Assembly: GCA_963815195.1 (NCBI GenBank)
Contig: CAWFGE010000023.1
Location: forward strand, 160,001-224,000
Source of the DNA: an uncultured Planctomycetaceae bacterium
Lineage (GTDB): Bacteria; Planctomycetota; Planctomycetia; Planctomycetales; Planctomycetaceae
Direction of reading: 5' to 3'
DNA length: 64,000 nt
Shown: positions 22,922-34,736 of the stretch, one piece after another
Numbering within the stretch: position 1 is the first letter of the stretch
Layout: each line of letters opens with the position of its first letter
Notes under the pieces: generated by a model
What the model saw: the letters and a program-made list of their open reading frames with translations, nothing else
The model's database searches: none
Told to the model about the DNA's origin: nothing
Program-made: the position numbers and the translations under genes

Positions 22922-25102
22922 TCAATCCTTAAACACAAATTCCGGCGTGTTGAGCATGGCCCACATCAGGTCTTCGACGACCTGCCGGCGGTCGGCTTCG
23001 GGTTTGGCGAACAGGCTTTCGCACAACCCCTGTTCTTCGGAGGTTGGGGTCCGCGAATAGATTCGCAGGTAAAGTTCCTTGATGATCTCCTGAGGCGTTT
23101 TGTCCGAGGCGGCGAGTTTGGCGGCCCGGCCGTTGTCCGAGGTGATCTTTCGGCTGAGCTTTTCGGAGTTCATTAGGTGGAGCGCCTGGACGATGCTCGT
23201 GTCGCCGGTGCGTTCGCAGGGAGGATCCTGGTTGGGATCCGGGCGGCCGAAGGCATCGAGGAACAGTGAATCCACGCGGTGCGTCCAGATCAGTTTGGCG
23301 GAGGAATCCGGGGGCATTGCGTCGAAGGATTCGGGAACGCCGGTGATCTCGGTCACGGCATCCAAGAGCACCTCCGCCCGCAATCGGCCGCGGTAGTAGC
23401 GGGAATAATTCCGCGTGTCGGCAATGTTCCGCTCGGTGGGGCTGGAACCGAGCCCGTAAACATAAGACGTCGCAATCCGGCGGATGAGTTTTTTGAGGTC
23501 GTAGCCCTCTTTTTCAAAGTCTTTTCCCAAGGCCTCCAAGAGGGCGGCGTTCGAGGGCGGATTGGTCGCCCGCAAATCGTCCACGGGTTCCACAAGGCCC
23601 CGGCCCATGAGATCGGCCCAAACGCGGTTGGCCATCACCTGGGCGAAGTAGGGATTGTCCTTGGTGGTCCAAGCCGCGAGCGCCCGCCGGGGATCGCCGC
23701 CAGTGGGAATTTCCGGCGCAGTGCCGAACAGCGGTTTGGGCGGCAGGACCTTGCCGGTGAGCGGATGGGTGACTTCGCCTTTGTCCGCTACATAGACCAT
23801 TTCCTCCGAGCCGGAAATCGGCGGCGAAAGGCCGGTGCCTTTGCGGCCGATCTTCGCGAAGTAGGCGGCGAACCCGTAGAAGTCCTCCTGCCCCCAGCGC
23901 TCGAAGGGATGGTGATGGCATTTCGCGCATTCCAGCCGGACGCCCAAAAACAGTTGGCTGACGACGGTGGTGAGTTCATCCGGCGATCGGCGATCGCGGA
24001 ACAGCGTGACCGCTCCGTTTTTGAACGTGCTGCCCTGCGCGGTGATGAGGTCGCGGACGAACTCGTCCCAGGGACGGTTCCGGCGGAACTCGTCGCGAAT
24101 CCACGCGTCGTAATTGAGCGTCGCTTTGATGCCCACGCGGTAGGGGTTCGGCCGCAGGAGGTCGGCCCATTTGTTCGCCCAGTGGTCGGCATACTCCGGC
24201 CGATCGAGCAGATGATCCACCAGCCGTTCCCGTTTGTCGGGCGAAGGATCGCTTAAAAAGACTTGGGCTTCTTCCAGGGTGGGGACGCGGCCGATGATGT
24301 CCAAGTAAGCCCGGCGGAGGAACTTGTGGTCGGGGGCCGTTTCGGACGGCGTGATGCGGAGCCTTTGCAGTTTCTTCCAGACGAGATCATCGATGAAGTT
24401 CTGCCGGGGCAGTTCGGCGTAGAAGTTATCCGGCACCTCGCCGGGCATGGGGACGGCAACGGAGCACACGGCGATCTGGCCCATGTACCGCGCCATCACC
24501 GCGGCTTCGCCCACGATGTTGTTCGTCGCGACGTGCCCGGCGTCATCGACGGCGGCGATCGCGCTTTCGTTCGACTGATAAGCCGCCATCCCGGTCACAT
24601 CCCGTGTGGAACCGTCGGCATAATGGGCTGTGACCTTCAATGGGATCGAGTCGTTATAGCCGAGGATCTTCTCGCTGGGCGTGACGGTGACGTTGACCAA
24701 ATCCGGCGTGCCGGGGATTTCGCGGGGCAGGCCCTGACGGATCCAATCGAGCAGGAGCTGGTAAGGTTCACTGCCCACGGCGAGGCGTTTGCCGCCGCCG
24801 TGCGGGACTTGGCCGGTGGGTTTTTGCAGGAACAGGCTTTTTTCCGGATCGGGCAGAAAAATCCGCCGGCCGCGGGCTTCGCGGGTGAGGGCTTCGTAAT
24901 CGAACTCTGGATCGAACCCCAATAGCGAAAGCTGAAACCCGTTCTGCCCGCGGGCTTTGCCGTGACAGGCCCCGGCGTTGCAGCCGAACCGCGTGAGCAC
25001 GGGCTGGACATCCCGCTCAAAGTCCACGCCGGCCCCGTGGAGAGGGACAGCGAAGAGGAAAACCGGCAACAGGGCGAATCCAATTCTGAAACGCGAGGTC
25101 AT
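22922..25102 (-). CDS. DUF1549/DUF1553 (PSD1) protein with Ig-like domain
   Basis: GCNAGACHG, FLRRAYLDIIG, CAKCHHHPFERW, NRVWADLMGRGLVEPVDD, QALHLMN, WAMLNTPEF. Confidence 0.92.
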   Translation of the reverse strand: MTSRFRIGFALLPVFLFAVPLHGAGVDFERDVQPVLTRFGCNAGACHGKARGQNGFQLSLLGFDPEFDYEALTREARGRRIFLPDPEKSLFLQKPTGQVPHGGGKRLAVGSEPYQLLLDWIRQGLPREIPGTPDLVNVTVTPSEKILGYNDSIPLKVTAHYADGSTRDVTGMAAYQSNESAIAAVDDAGHVATNNIVGEAAVMARYMGQIAVCSVAVPMPGEVPDNFYAELPRQNFIDDLVWKKLQRLRITPSETAPDHKFLRRAYLDIIGRVPTLEEAQVFLSDPSPDKRERLVDHLLDRPEYADHWANKWADLLRPNPYRVGIKATLNYDAWIRDEFRRNRPWDEFVRDLITAQGSTFKNGAVTLFRDRRSPDELTTVVSQLFLGVRLECAKCHHHPFERWGQEDFYGFAAYFAKIGRKGTGLSPPISGSEEMVYVADKGEVTHPLTGKVLPPKPLFGTAPEIPTGGDPRRALAAWTTKDNPYFAQVMANRVWADLMGRGLVEPVDDLRATNPPSNAALLEALGKDFEKEGYDLKKLIRRIATSYVYGLGSSPTERNIADTRNYSRYYRGRLRAEVLLDAVTEITGVPESFDAMPPDSSAKLIWTHRVDSLFLDAFGRPDPNQDPPCERTGDTSIVQALHLMNSEKLSRKITSDNGRAAKLAASDKTPQEIIKELYLRIYSRTPTSEEQGLCESLFAKPEADRRQVVEDLMWAMLNTPEFVFKD

Positions 25103-25298
25103 GGGCCTTATCGATTGCTCTCATCGAGGTTTGGGGAGAAGTCCACCACACCCATCAGCATATAAGAATTCCCGCATCAGAATCAATCGACAACAGGCCG
25201 CGCGAAAATCCAAGTCCCCCGGTGGAACCGATCGAGGCGGTTGAACTCCGATTGCTTTCGCAATCCGAAAGACCGGGTTGATTGGGTTCTCGCCTTCT

Positions 25299-28200
25299 CT
25301 ATTCTCCTCGAGTCTTCGCCGTGAAATTGCCTTTCGCGGTCGCGGAGTTGTCGGCTCGCCAGTCTTGGGTCGGCCAGAGGATCGCCCGGCGGTCTTCGCT
25401 GCCGGTGAGCAGATAGCGGCCGTCGGGCGAGAAGGCCACCGCGTTGACCGGCCGGTTGTGCCGCTTGAGCGTGAGCACCTGGTCCGCGGGCGGGATCGAT
25501 CCGTCGAAAACCTGCCGGACGCGGGTGTCCCACACGATCACGGTGTTGTCGGCGCTCGCCGTCACCGCCCGGCGGCACTTGGCCATTTCGTCGTCGTCGA
25601 TCGTCTCATCGTTGTTCCAATCTTTTTCCTTTTCGAGAGGCGAAAAGGCCACATCGGTGATGCGGGCGGAATGGCCCTTCAAAATCAGCTTGGGTTCCAG
25701 GGAAACGTGTTTGTCCGCGGTGATTTTCAATTCCCACATGACGGCATGGTTTTCCGCGGAACCGGTCAAGAATCCGATTGCCATCGTTCGCGAAGGCCAC
25801 GCACAGCGGTTCCTCCACAAGTCTTGTTTCGCTTTCAGGATCGACTTGTTGAGTTTGGCACGCTTGATCGCCCGTCTCGGCGTTCCAGACCCGAATCGTT
25901 TTGTCCCGCGAGACGCTGACGATCCATTTTCCGTCCGGCGAGAACGCGGCATCGAGCACATCATTGGTATGGCCTCGGAAGGTGCGGACCGGCGCCACTT
26001 GGAAGTTATCAACCCCATTGGGCGTCAACTTCCACAGCACCATCGTTTCATCATCGTGCGCCGGATCGTCATTGCTGACGGTCAAGATGAACTCACCACC
26101 CGGCGAATACGCGGCGGCGTTGATGGTTTCCTTGTGGATGCCTTGGAGCTTGGCCACGTCCTTTTCGGTTTCCACGTTCCACACCCGTGCGGCCCCGTCC
26201 TGTCCGGCGGTGACGAAGTATTTGCCGTCCGGCGAGAAGCCGATCGACGCGACTTCGCCTTGGGCGTTCAAGGCGATGGTGGGGTCGGAGTAAATCTTTC
26301 CGACCTCGGCGTTATCGAGTTGTTTCCAGAGGCGGGCATCGCTCATGCCGAACACGGCCAGTTCCGTTCGGCCTTGCTCAGGCGAGAACGCTGCCGCCCA
26401 GACTTCCAGGCCGTCCTGGAGGATTATCGGCCGATCCGCGGAGGGCCGCCAAACATAGGTGATCCGGTCGACCCGGTTCGTGGCGGCGATGTATCGGCCG
26501 TCGGGAGAAATGGCGACGGAGTTTGTCTGGGCCAGCAAGAGGTCATCCGCCTTAAGGTCTGCGAACAGACGCGCCAGCTTTTGAACCAGTTCGGTTTCCG
26601 TGCTCTCGGTCAATCGGTCGGGAATTTTGGAAACCAGTTGCTCGACGCCTTGTTTCCAGCCGCCCCGATTGACGAACTCCATGTAGTCGGCGTCAGACGC
26701 GTTCGGATAGAAAACCATAAAAGCTTCTTTTAGTTTTTCGTTCGGCGTTTTCTTTGCGGCGAATTGCGATTGCAGGTTCGCCATCAGGGTGCGGACCTGA
26801 CCTTCGGGACGGAATGTGCGGGGCTCGACCTGTTCCCGCTCCAGATCCCAAAGCCGGATCAACCCCGGCAGTTTGTCGTCGAAGCAGGTCGTAACGAGCC
26901 ATTTTCCGTCGGCTGTGAGATCCATCGAACGCACGACTTTTGGATGCAACAGCCGGAGCCGATCCACTTCCTTGTTTGTGGAAAGATCCCACTGGGCCAC
27001 GGTTTTATGACCGGCACTCAACAATCGCCCGTCGTCGGGCAAGAACCGCAAGGCCACCACGCGGGCGTTATGGGCTTTATGCTCCTTCGAGTTCTTGAAT
27101 TCGAGGTTTGCGACTCGCGTCGGTTCCGCTTTGATTCGCGGCGACCAGTTCCAGAGGACGATGTGCCCGCCGGCGTCGGCCGTGGCGAGTGTCCACGAAC
27201 CGTCGTCGTTGACACGGTTGGCAAACGCGACGGCCGTGACTTCGCTGCCATGTTCGCCGAAGGTCGCCGCCAGTTCGCCCGTCGTGGCGTTCCAAAGTTT
27301 GGCTTTCCAGGGTTGATAACCGGGTTTTGAAATTTCCGATTGCTTGTTATCGCTGCTTGTCAGAATCCAGCCGTCATTCGGGGACACGGCGATCGCCCCG
27401 GATTGGCCCACAGCCTTGAGCTTCAACAATTCGGTGCGGGCGGTCACGTCCCACACGCGGGCCGTGCCGTCGAAGCCGGCGGTGGCGAGTTTTTTGCTTT
27501 TATCGAAGTAAACGCCGGCCGTAATCAGATTGTCGTGGCCTTCGGCGAGGATCTGCTCGCTCTGAATCCGGTCTTTATCGTCCAACCGATAGATCCGGGC
27601 CGTCTTGTCGCGGCTGGCGGTGGCAAATTCTTTGGAGTTCTTGGAAAACGCCACGGCGTCCAAGGCGGAGTCGTTGACGAGTTCCAATTCGGCCGTCGCA
27701 TCTTGACCCGGGTTCCAGAGCTTGGCGGTTTCGTCGTGGCTCACGGAAAGAATCCGCTCGCCCTCGGGACCGCGCACCCACACGCAATTCCGCACCCAGC
27801 CGCCGTGGCCCCGGAAGGTTTTCACCGGGGTGGTTTTGGATTGCGTGTCGTCGCGGCTGATGTTCCAGACCTTCATGGTGTGGTCGTTGGAGCCGGTCAA
27901 CAGCACCAGGTCGCGGGCGTCTTCGCCGGCCGGCCGGCCGAACTCGATGGAGGAAATCGCCGCAGTATGTCCCAGAAGTTCGCGGTACGGCGCGGGGGGA
28001 TGGATTCGCCCGCGATGCTCATGCGGATGTAGGTCTGGTAATCCAACTGCGGGATGTCGCTGGGCCGCCAGAGCAGCACCCGGCGGTCGTAGTCGCCCGT
28101 GGCGACGTATTGCCCCTCAGGTGAGAAGGCCACGGTATAAATCGCGCTCTGGTGGCCGCGAAAGGCCGGCAGCCGCTTGATGTTTTTCGGGTCTTGCCAA

Positions 28201-31200
28201 TGGCCGGTCTCGTCCCGCCACACAATCGCGGTTCTGTCTTCGCTGACGGTCACGACTTGCGTTTCGCCCTTGCCGAACACGGCGTCCCAAACGATGTCGG
28301 TGTGGCCGGCGAGGACTGTCAACGGCCTGACTTGGGGGTCGCCCGATTCGGCATTCCACGCCCACACGCGGGCGGTCCGGTCCTTTGATGATGTGAGGAG
28401 TTTCTTCCCGTCTTGGGAAAACTGCACGCTGACCACGGGATCCATGTGGCGTGATTTTAACTTTTCATAATACTCGTCTTCCGAACGATAGAAGATGTCC
28501 CTGTCGCCGAACTTACCCTCCAATAGTTCGTTCTGTTTGGGGTCCCAAAGCTTAATGAACCCCTTTTCATAATCGTCGGTGGCGAGGACGATCCATCCAT
28601 CGGGCGATACGGCCACATCGTACACCGTGACGTTTGGCCTCAGTTGATCCGGTTTGAGTTTTCGCTCGGTATTTCTGAGGGCGACATTGTGAAGAGCAAG
28701 GGCTCGGGGATCCCGGCCGTCGGAATCGTCGATGTCGTGGATTTCGACCAGGCCTTCCCCGCCGACGACGAACTGCTTGCCGCCGTCGATCAAGGCGACC
28801 GATTCCAGCCGATGGCCTTTGAATTTGTATTGCCGCTCGAACTGCTCGCAGAGCCGCTTCAGGTAGCCCCATTCCCAATTGCGGAACTCCTTGGCGGTGC
28901 TGTCGAGCACCTCGCGTGCGTAATCGAACGCGTTCTCTTCGATCTTCGCCGCGGCGAGGCCGATCTTGGAATTGTAGGCTTCCCGCTTGACCTGACGCGT
29001 GGCTTCTTCAGCCAGGAGCCGCTGGATTTTTTCCGAGGCGGCCGCGGCGATGGCTTTCTGCTCTTGCTCCTTGGCTTTCTGTTCCTGCTCTTTGGCAATC
29101 TGTTCTTGCTCCTTGGCTTTCTGCTCTTGCTCCCTAGCAATCCGCTGCTGTTCTTGGGCCTTCGCCTCGTTGAGTCGGGCGATGATTTCTTCATAGAACG
29201 CTGCTTCGGCGGCGTCCTTCGCAATCCGTTCCTGCCTTTGGGCGTTCTCCCGTTGCTTTTTCTCCTCGGCCTGGGCATCGACGGCTTTCTGCTTTTCCAC
29301 CTTCGCAATCCGTTCCTGCCTTTGGGCCTCCTCCCGTTGCTCTTTCTCCTTGGCTTGAGCCTCGATGGCTTTCTGCGTTTCCGCCTGCGCAATTTGCTCC
29401 TGCTCTTGAGCCTTCGCCTCATTGAGTCGGGCGACAATTTCTTCGTAGAAAGCTGCTTCGGCCGCTTCTTCCGCGTCCTTCCGGGCGATCGCCTCCGCCT
29501 TCGCGGCGGCGACGGCTTTTTGTTCTGCTTGCCTCGCTTTCTCCTCTTGCTCCAGGGCAACGATCCGTTGTTCGTCGGCCATCATCGCATTGACTCTGGC
29601 GATGATTTCTTGAAACACCGCTTCTTTCCGCCGGCGTTCCGCTGCGATGTTCGCTTGCCTGGCTGCTTCTTTCAACCGCCGTTCCGTTTCGGCCAAAGCT
29701 TCGGCTTTCTCACGCTGCTCTTTCTCCTGCTCTTGGGCCTTGACGGCGATATCTCTTCGCATCGATTGCGTCGTTGCGGGCATTCACCGCCGCGGTGCGT
29801 TCGGTGTTGATCCAGAACGCCGCTCCGCTGACGACCAGGAACAGCGCGGCGAGCAAACCGCGGCCGGCGCGGCGGGCGGCTTCCAGGCGTTTCTGGCGGG
29901 CGTCGCGTTCGTCGCGGGCCTTGGCAATATCGACCTTGAGCTTGTCGTGCGAGCGGTCGCCCTGATCCAACAGCGAAGCCGCGAGATCGTAGTCGCCCTT
30001 GTCGAGGGCGCAGTGGGCATAAGCGAGCCGGGCGGCTCCCAACCGGCTGCGGGCCCGCTTGTTGCCGTCCCAGAGTTTGAGGGCTTCCTCAAATCCGAAC
30101 CGGGCTTTCGCATAGTCTTCGTAACTCTCGGACTTCTGGGCTCGCTCCAAATCCTCCTCGGCCATCGCCGCCAGCGTGATGCTTTCGGAGTGGGCGAGGT
30201 AGGTGCGGACGGCCGCCTGAAACTCCTGCACGCTTTTGTAGCGGTCTTTGGGATTGGTGGACATCGCTTTGAAGGCGATGTCGATCAATTCGCCCGTGTG
30301 GTCGGTGTGGACGATCTTATTGCGGGCGGCGGCCATTAAGCACTTCATGGCGTTCTTGCCGCGGTGCGGCGGCCGGCCGGTGACGATCTCGAACAGAATC
30401 GCCCCCAACAGATAGATGTCGCTGTGCGCGCCGATCTTGTTGATGGGCCCGGTGGCCATTTCCGGCGACATATATGCGGGAGTCCCGCCCATGCTGGAAC
30501 TGCGGACGATGCCCCGCTGCTTGCCGAACTTTTCGGTCGGCATGGCGAGGCCCCAGTCCATCAGCAAGACTTCGCCGAACTCGCCGAGCATCACGTTTTC
30601 GGGCTTGAGGTCGCGGTGCACGACGCCGCGGGCGTGGGCGAACGCCACCGCGTCGGCGACGCTCAGCAGAATCTCGAGGTTATCGTGCGTGGATTTTTGA
30701 TGGATCGTGTCCAGCCACGGATTGCCCGTCACGTTCTTCATCGAATAGAACAGGGCGTCGTTTTCGTCCTTGCCCACATCGTAAATCGGAACGATGTTCG
30801 GGTGGTCGAGTTCCCCGGTGACGACGGCTTCCGCGAGGAACTTGGAATGCTGGTCCCGCTTCCGGCTGGAGTGCCTCGGTTTGAGCATCTTCACCGCGAC
30901 GTTGCGGTCGATCGACGTCTGCCGGGCGTTAAAGACTTTCCCCATGCCCCCTTCGCCCAGGAGGTTGAGCAGCTCGTAGTCGGCCTTGTCGCTGTCCGGG
31001 TTGCCTTTTTCCCGCATGGACCGCAGTTGGATGACCAGCCCGCTGCCCTGGGCCGCTTCGGCGCCGGAGACATCCTGGGACGAAAGCCGATCCGTGCGGC
31101 CCGCCCCGTCGTCGCTGCCGGAATCGGTGCGGCCCATGTCCGGAAGCTCTTCGGAAATCAACGTCTTGGCGGTGCTGGCGTCCTGTCCCGTTCCGGACGG

Positions 31201-32100
31201 CGGCGAATCCTCCGTGGTCCTGGCGCCGGTCATTTCGTCGGCGGTGTGCGTTCGGCTGTCGTCCTTTTCCATCCAATCGTCGCCCAGCGGCAAGGTGGCT
31301 CCGGCCGCTTCCGCCGCTTCCGAAGAATCGGACTCTTCGGAAAAGAGTGCGTCGGTGAGCATCGTCTGATCCGACGTTCGCCCGTCATCGCTGTCGGACG
31401 GCGTGTCCCGGCCGTCGCTGTCGGAATCCCCCGAGGCTTCGATCGCCGCTTTTTCGAGCGAGATGTCGTCCGACAAAAACGTTTGCCCGACGGATTTTTC
31501 CGACCAATCCTCCTCGCTGGAATCCGAGGGTTCTTTCTCGTCCGACGGAAAAACGTCCGAGACGAACGTGTCTGCGACGCTGCTGATTTTGCCTTCACCC
31601 GCTCCGTCTGGTGCGGGCGCTGTTTCGTCCGAATCGTTCTTCGCCTTGAGATCGCTCAACAACTCGTCGACGTCCGCCGTGGGACTGGATTCGTCCGCCT
31701 CTTCCACTTCGTCGGACTCGAAGGATTTGATGGTCATTCCCGAGGGAACTTCGTCGTCCACCTCCCGCCAAATCTGCGACATCCGCACGATGTCTGCGGG
31801 CGAGATGTCGGCCACGTATGTCGCCGCGTCCTGGTCCGCGTTCCACGTCTCCGGATCGTTGGTGGACGAGCCGCCGTGGAGGCCCACCCCCGTGATCGCC
31901 CGCGGCAAATCTTGCAGATCGCCCGGGTTGTCCGACTCGCCCGGAGCGCCGTCGCCCGGTTCCACCGGCCCGCGCGAGTTTTCGGGAACGGATGATTCCC
32001 CGGGGAATTGTCCTTCCCAATGGTGGCCGCACGCGGGACACTGCTTCGATTGAAGATTCTCAACCGAAAGATCATGCTGACATTTGGGGCAACGCGACAT
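25299..32100 (-). CDS. Giant Ser/Thr protein kinase (Zn-ribbon, acidic linker, kinase, TM, coiled coil, many WD40 repeats); frameshifts near 29755, 27995 and 25768
   Basis: CPKC/CPAC N-terminus; LGEGGMGKV, VAVK, HRDLKPEN, DWGLA, GTPAYMSPE; repeated GH...WD motifs across four overlapping ORFs, about 2260 aa joined. Confidence 0.85.
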
Positions 32101-32600
32101 CGATATTTCTCGCCCAGTTAGAAAACCAAAACGCTAGGAATGAGCAGAACAGTGCACCCTCCGGCGGGTGCGGGATTCGGCAAAAACCAGAATTCATCCT
32201 ACCCTGGCAAAACCCAACCTCTCAACAGGGAAAGCTGCGGGACAAGAGGAATTCTCCAAAACCGGACTATGCGATTTCGCCCTCGGATCGGCGGGCCGCA
32301 ATCGACCGGCATCACGGGATATTGCGGAAAACCTTATGAGAAAAGCGCATATTCCCCCCTTGGAAAACATCGGCCGCTTCCCCACGTTCAGCTTGGCAGG
32401 TTTTACCGCAAACTGCCAGCAAGAAATCCCCAAAGTTCCCGAATTCCTACAACCCCGCAATCCCGCACCGGCCAACTCGCGAAACCGCGCAGGCGAAATC
32501 ATTCGCCAAGAACCGCATATTGCGTATTCGGGCCACAACGTGATCGATCAAGAAAAACCGGAACCAGGCTCTCCAAAAACCACCAACCGAATCCCAAATC

Positions 32601-33638
32601 ATGAAAATCACCAATGTACGAGCCCTTCAGCCGATCGCCGAGAACTCCCCGGCCGATTGGCGGACGAGCATGGGACAAATCCTGGTCGCGGTCGAAACCG
32701 ATTGCGGGCTGACCGGCTTCGGCGTGGGCGGCGGCGGGCTGGCCGGGTTGCACGTCGTTCGCACGGTGCTTCGGGATCTGCTTTTGGGCCGGTCTCCCGA
32801 ACCGGTGGAATCGCTGTGGGACGAAATGTTCGCCGCGACGTTGCCGTTCGGACAAAAGGGCCTGGCGATCATGGCCTTGAGCGGCGTCGACCTGGCTCTG
32901 TGGGATCTCCGCGGCAAAGCCGAGAAAAAACCGGTCGCCGAGCTGTTGGGCGGCCGCGTGGGAGAACCGATTCCCACCTACATTACCGTGTGGGAAAACA
33001 TCGCCCCAGACCTGGCGGATGCCCATGCAGCTTTCAAGCTGCACATCCCTCCGGTCGATCCCGCCCGGAGAATCGAGGACGCCATTCAAAGAGTCGAGGA
33101 GGCGAGAGCCGTCATCGGCCCCGAAAAATCCCTGATGATCGACTGCTGGATGAAATGGGATCCGCCCAGCACTTTGCATGCGGCAAAGGCCTTAGAAGAA
33201 TTCGGCCTTCGCTGGATTGAAGAACCGCTGCCGGTCAACGATCTGGCCGGTTATGCGGAGTTGGCGGCGGCGTCACCGATTCCCATCGCCGGGGGCGAGC
33301 ATGAGTTTACCGCCGACGGCTTTCGCCCTTGGATCGAAAACCGCTGGCATCAAGTGCTTCAACCCGACATCTGCTGGTGCGGCGGGATGACGGAGATGGT
33401 GAAGATCTACCAAATGGCCGATGCAGCCGGTTTGGAAGTCTGTCCGCACCGCGGGGCCGAACTTTGGGGCCTGCACGCCATCGCGGGCCTGTCCAAAAAT
33501 CCACTCGCCGAGTCCGGCCGCCCCTGGATGACCTGGATCGGCGGCCAACCACCCATCGAAAACGCCTGCATCACGCCAACCGACGCCCCCGGTTTCGGCG
33601 TCACGATCGACGAAGCCCGACTGCCCCATTCGGTGTGA
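32601..33638 (+). CDS. Mandelate racemase/muconate lactonizing enzyme family (acid-sugar dehydratase-like)
   Basis: SGVDLALWDLRGK, LMIDCW, WIEEP, GGEHE, LQPDICWCGG, CPH. Confidence 0.9.
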   Translation: MKITNVRALQPIAENSPADWRTSMGQILVAVETDCGLTGFGVGGGGLAGLHVVRTVLRDLLLGRSPEPVESLWDEMFAATLPFGQKGLAIMALSGVDLALWDLRGKAEKKPVAELLGGRVGEPIPTYITVWENIAPDLADAHAAFKLHIPPVDPARRIEDAIQRVEEARAVIGPEKSLMIDCWMKWDPPSTLHAAKALEEFGLRWIEEPLPVNDLAGYAELAAASPIPIAGGEHEFTADGFRPWIENRWHQVLQPDICWCGGMTEMVKIYQMADAAGLEVCPHRGAELWGLHAIAGLSKNPLAESGRPWMTWIGGQPPIENACITPTDAPGFGVTIDEARLPHSV

Positions 33639-33817
33639 ATTCGCGAGACGACGAACTTCGGCGGTTGAGTCGACAAATTTGCAGATTCGCGCTCTGTCTG
33701 CACAAGACGGGCTTTTCACGTCTTTGACATTCGATTACCCTTCGCCGCTTCATAAAAAATCGCCTTGGAGTCCGTCCAAGGCGAACACGTTGGTCCAAAG
33801 GCAATTTGGTCCCGCCG

Positions 33818-34198
33818 TTAATCATCCACATCGACATACCACAATCCGTGGCGGAATTTGTATTTGACTTCCAGACCGTTTCGGGGATAGATCGGCGCAT
33901 AACCAATCGGAGCCACGGCGGGATAAGCCGTGTAATACCCGCCATAAGCCACCGGAGCGGGGGCCGCGTAACCGCCATACGGGTAGCCGCCGTAATAAAC
34001 GGGAGCCGAATAGGTCGTATAAATCGGTGTGGAATAAACCGCAGGGGGCGCATAGTAGGTTGTGACGGGAGAATAGACGCCCACGCCGTATCCGCCATAC
34101 ACCATGACCTGGGCGTTCGCGGGCTTCTGGGCAAACGAAACCGCAGCGGAACACGCCGCCGCCAACAACAGCAGGGCAAAACTTCGACGACACCTCAT
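33818..34198 (-). CDS. Secreted Tyr/Pro/Gly-rich small protein
   Basis: Signal peptide ending ANA-Q, low-complexity YxxP repeats, short conserved-looking C-terminus. Confidence 0.7.
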   Translation of the reverse strand: MRCRRSFALLLLAAACSAAVSFAQKPANAQVMVYGGYGVGVYSPVTTYYAPPAVYSTPIYTTYSAPVYYGGYPYGGYAAPAPVAYGGYYTAYPAVAPIGYAPIYPRNGLEVKYKFRHGLWYVDVDD

Positions 34199-34276
34199 CT
34201 TACGTTCCTTCCAGTACGAGTGACTGTTTCGAGATATTAACCTGGGGGCTTTAGGTTAGACAGGAAGATTCTATCA

Positions 34277-34313
34277 ACCCCGCGGCGGAAATCCACCTGC
34301 GAGGCGGGGTTTT
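34277..34313. terminator. Hairpin with T-tract, possible intrinsic terminator or regulatory stem
   Basis: AACCCCGC...GCGGGGTT followed by TTT; lies between divergent genes, so its role is unclear. Confidence 0.3.
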
Positions 34314-34736
34314 GTGAGAATCTGCATCACCAACAGGGAGTCTTTGGGGCCGGGATCAACTTAACACCTTAACTCGAAATGGTTTATTCACTGCGGAGAA
34401 GGCCCAAGCTCCTGATTTCATTCCAAGTTCTTCGTAGGGCTCTCACTCCATCCTTCAAAAACCACCCCTTATCAATCCTGAATATGTCTTGGCGGCGGTC
34501 TGTGCATTTCCCGGCCGGTGCTTGCCCAGTCTGCCGGACCCGCACGACCGATTCTGCCTCATGGCAAAGTCTGCGTAGATGGATTGCGTGTCACAACCCA
34601 TGAAGCCGTTAGGATATTCCAGCCGATAACTTCAAGCGTTTGGGACCGGGCCGCCCGCGCCCGTGGATGGCTTCGCCCGGCGACGTATCGTCGGACGACG
34701 CCCCTACTCGACCTTATGAATTTCGACTCGGAGCCT

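Noticed and set aside
32101..32600. ncRNA or extra gene in the 500-bp divergent spacer
   Set aside because: No recognisable RNA motif; the ORFs crossing it lack protein-like features.
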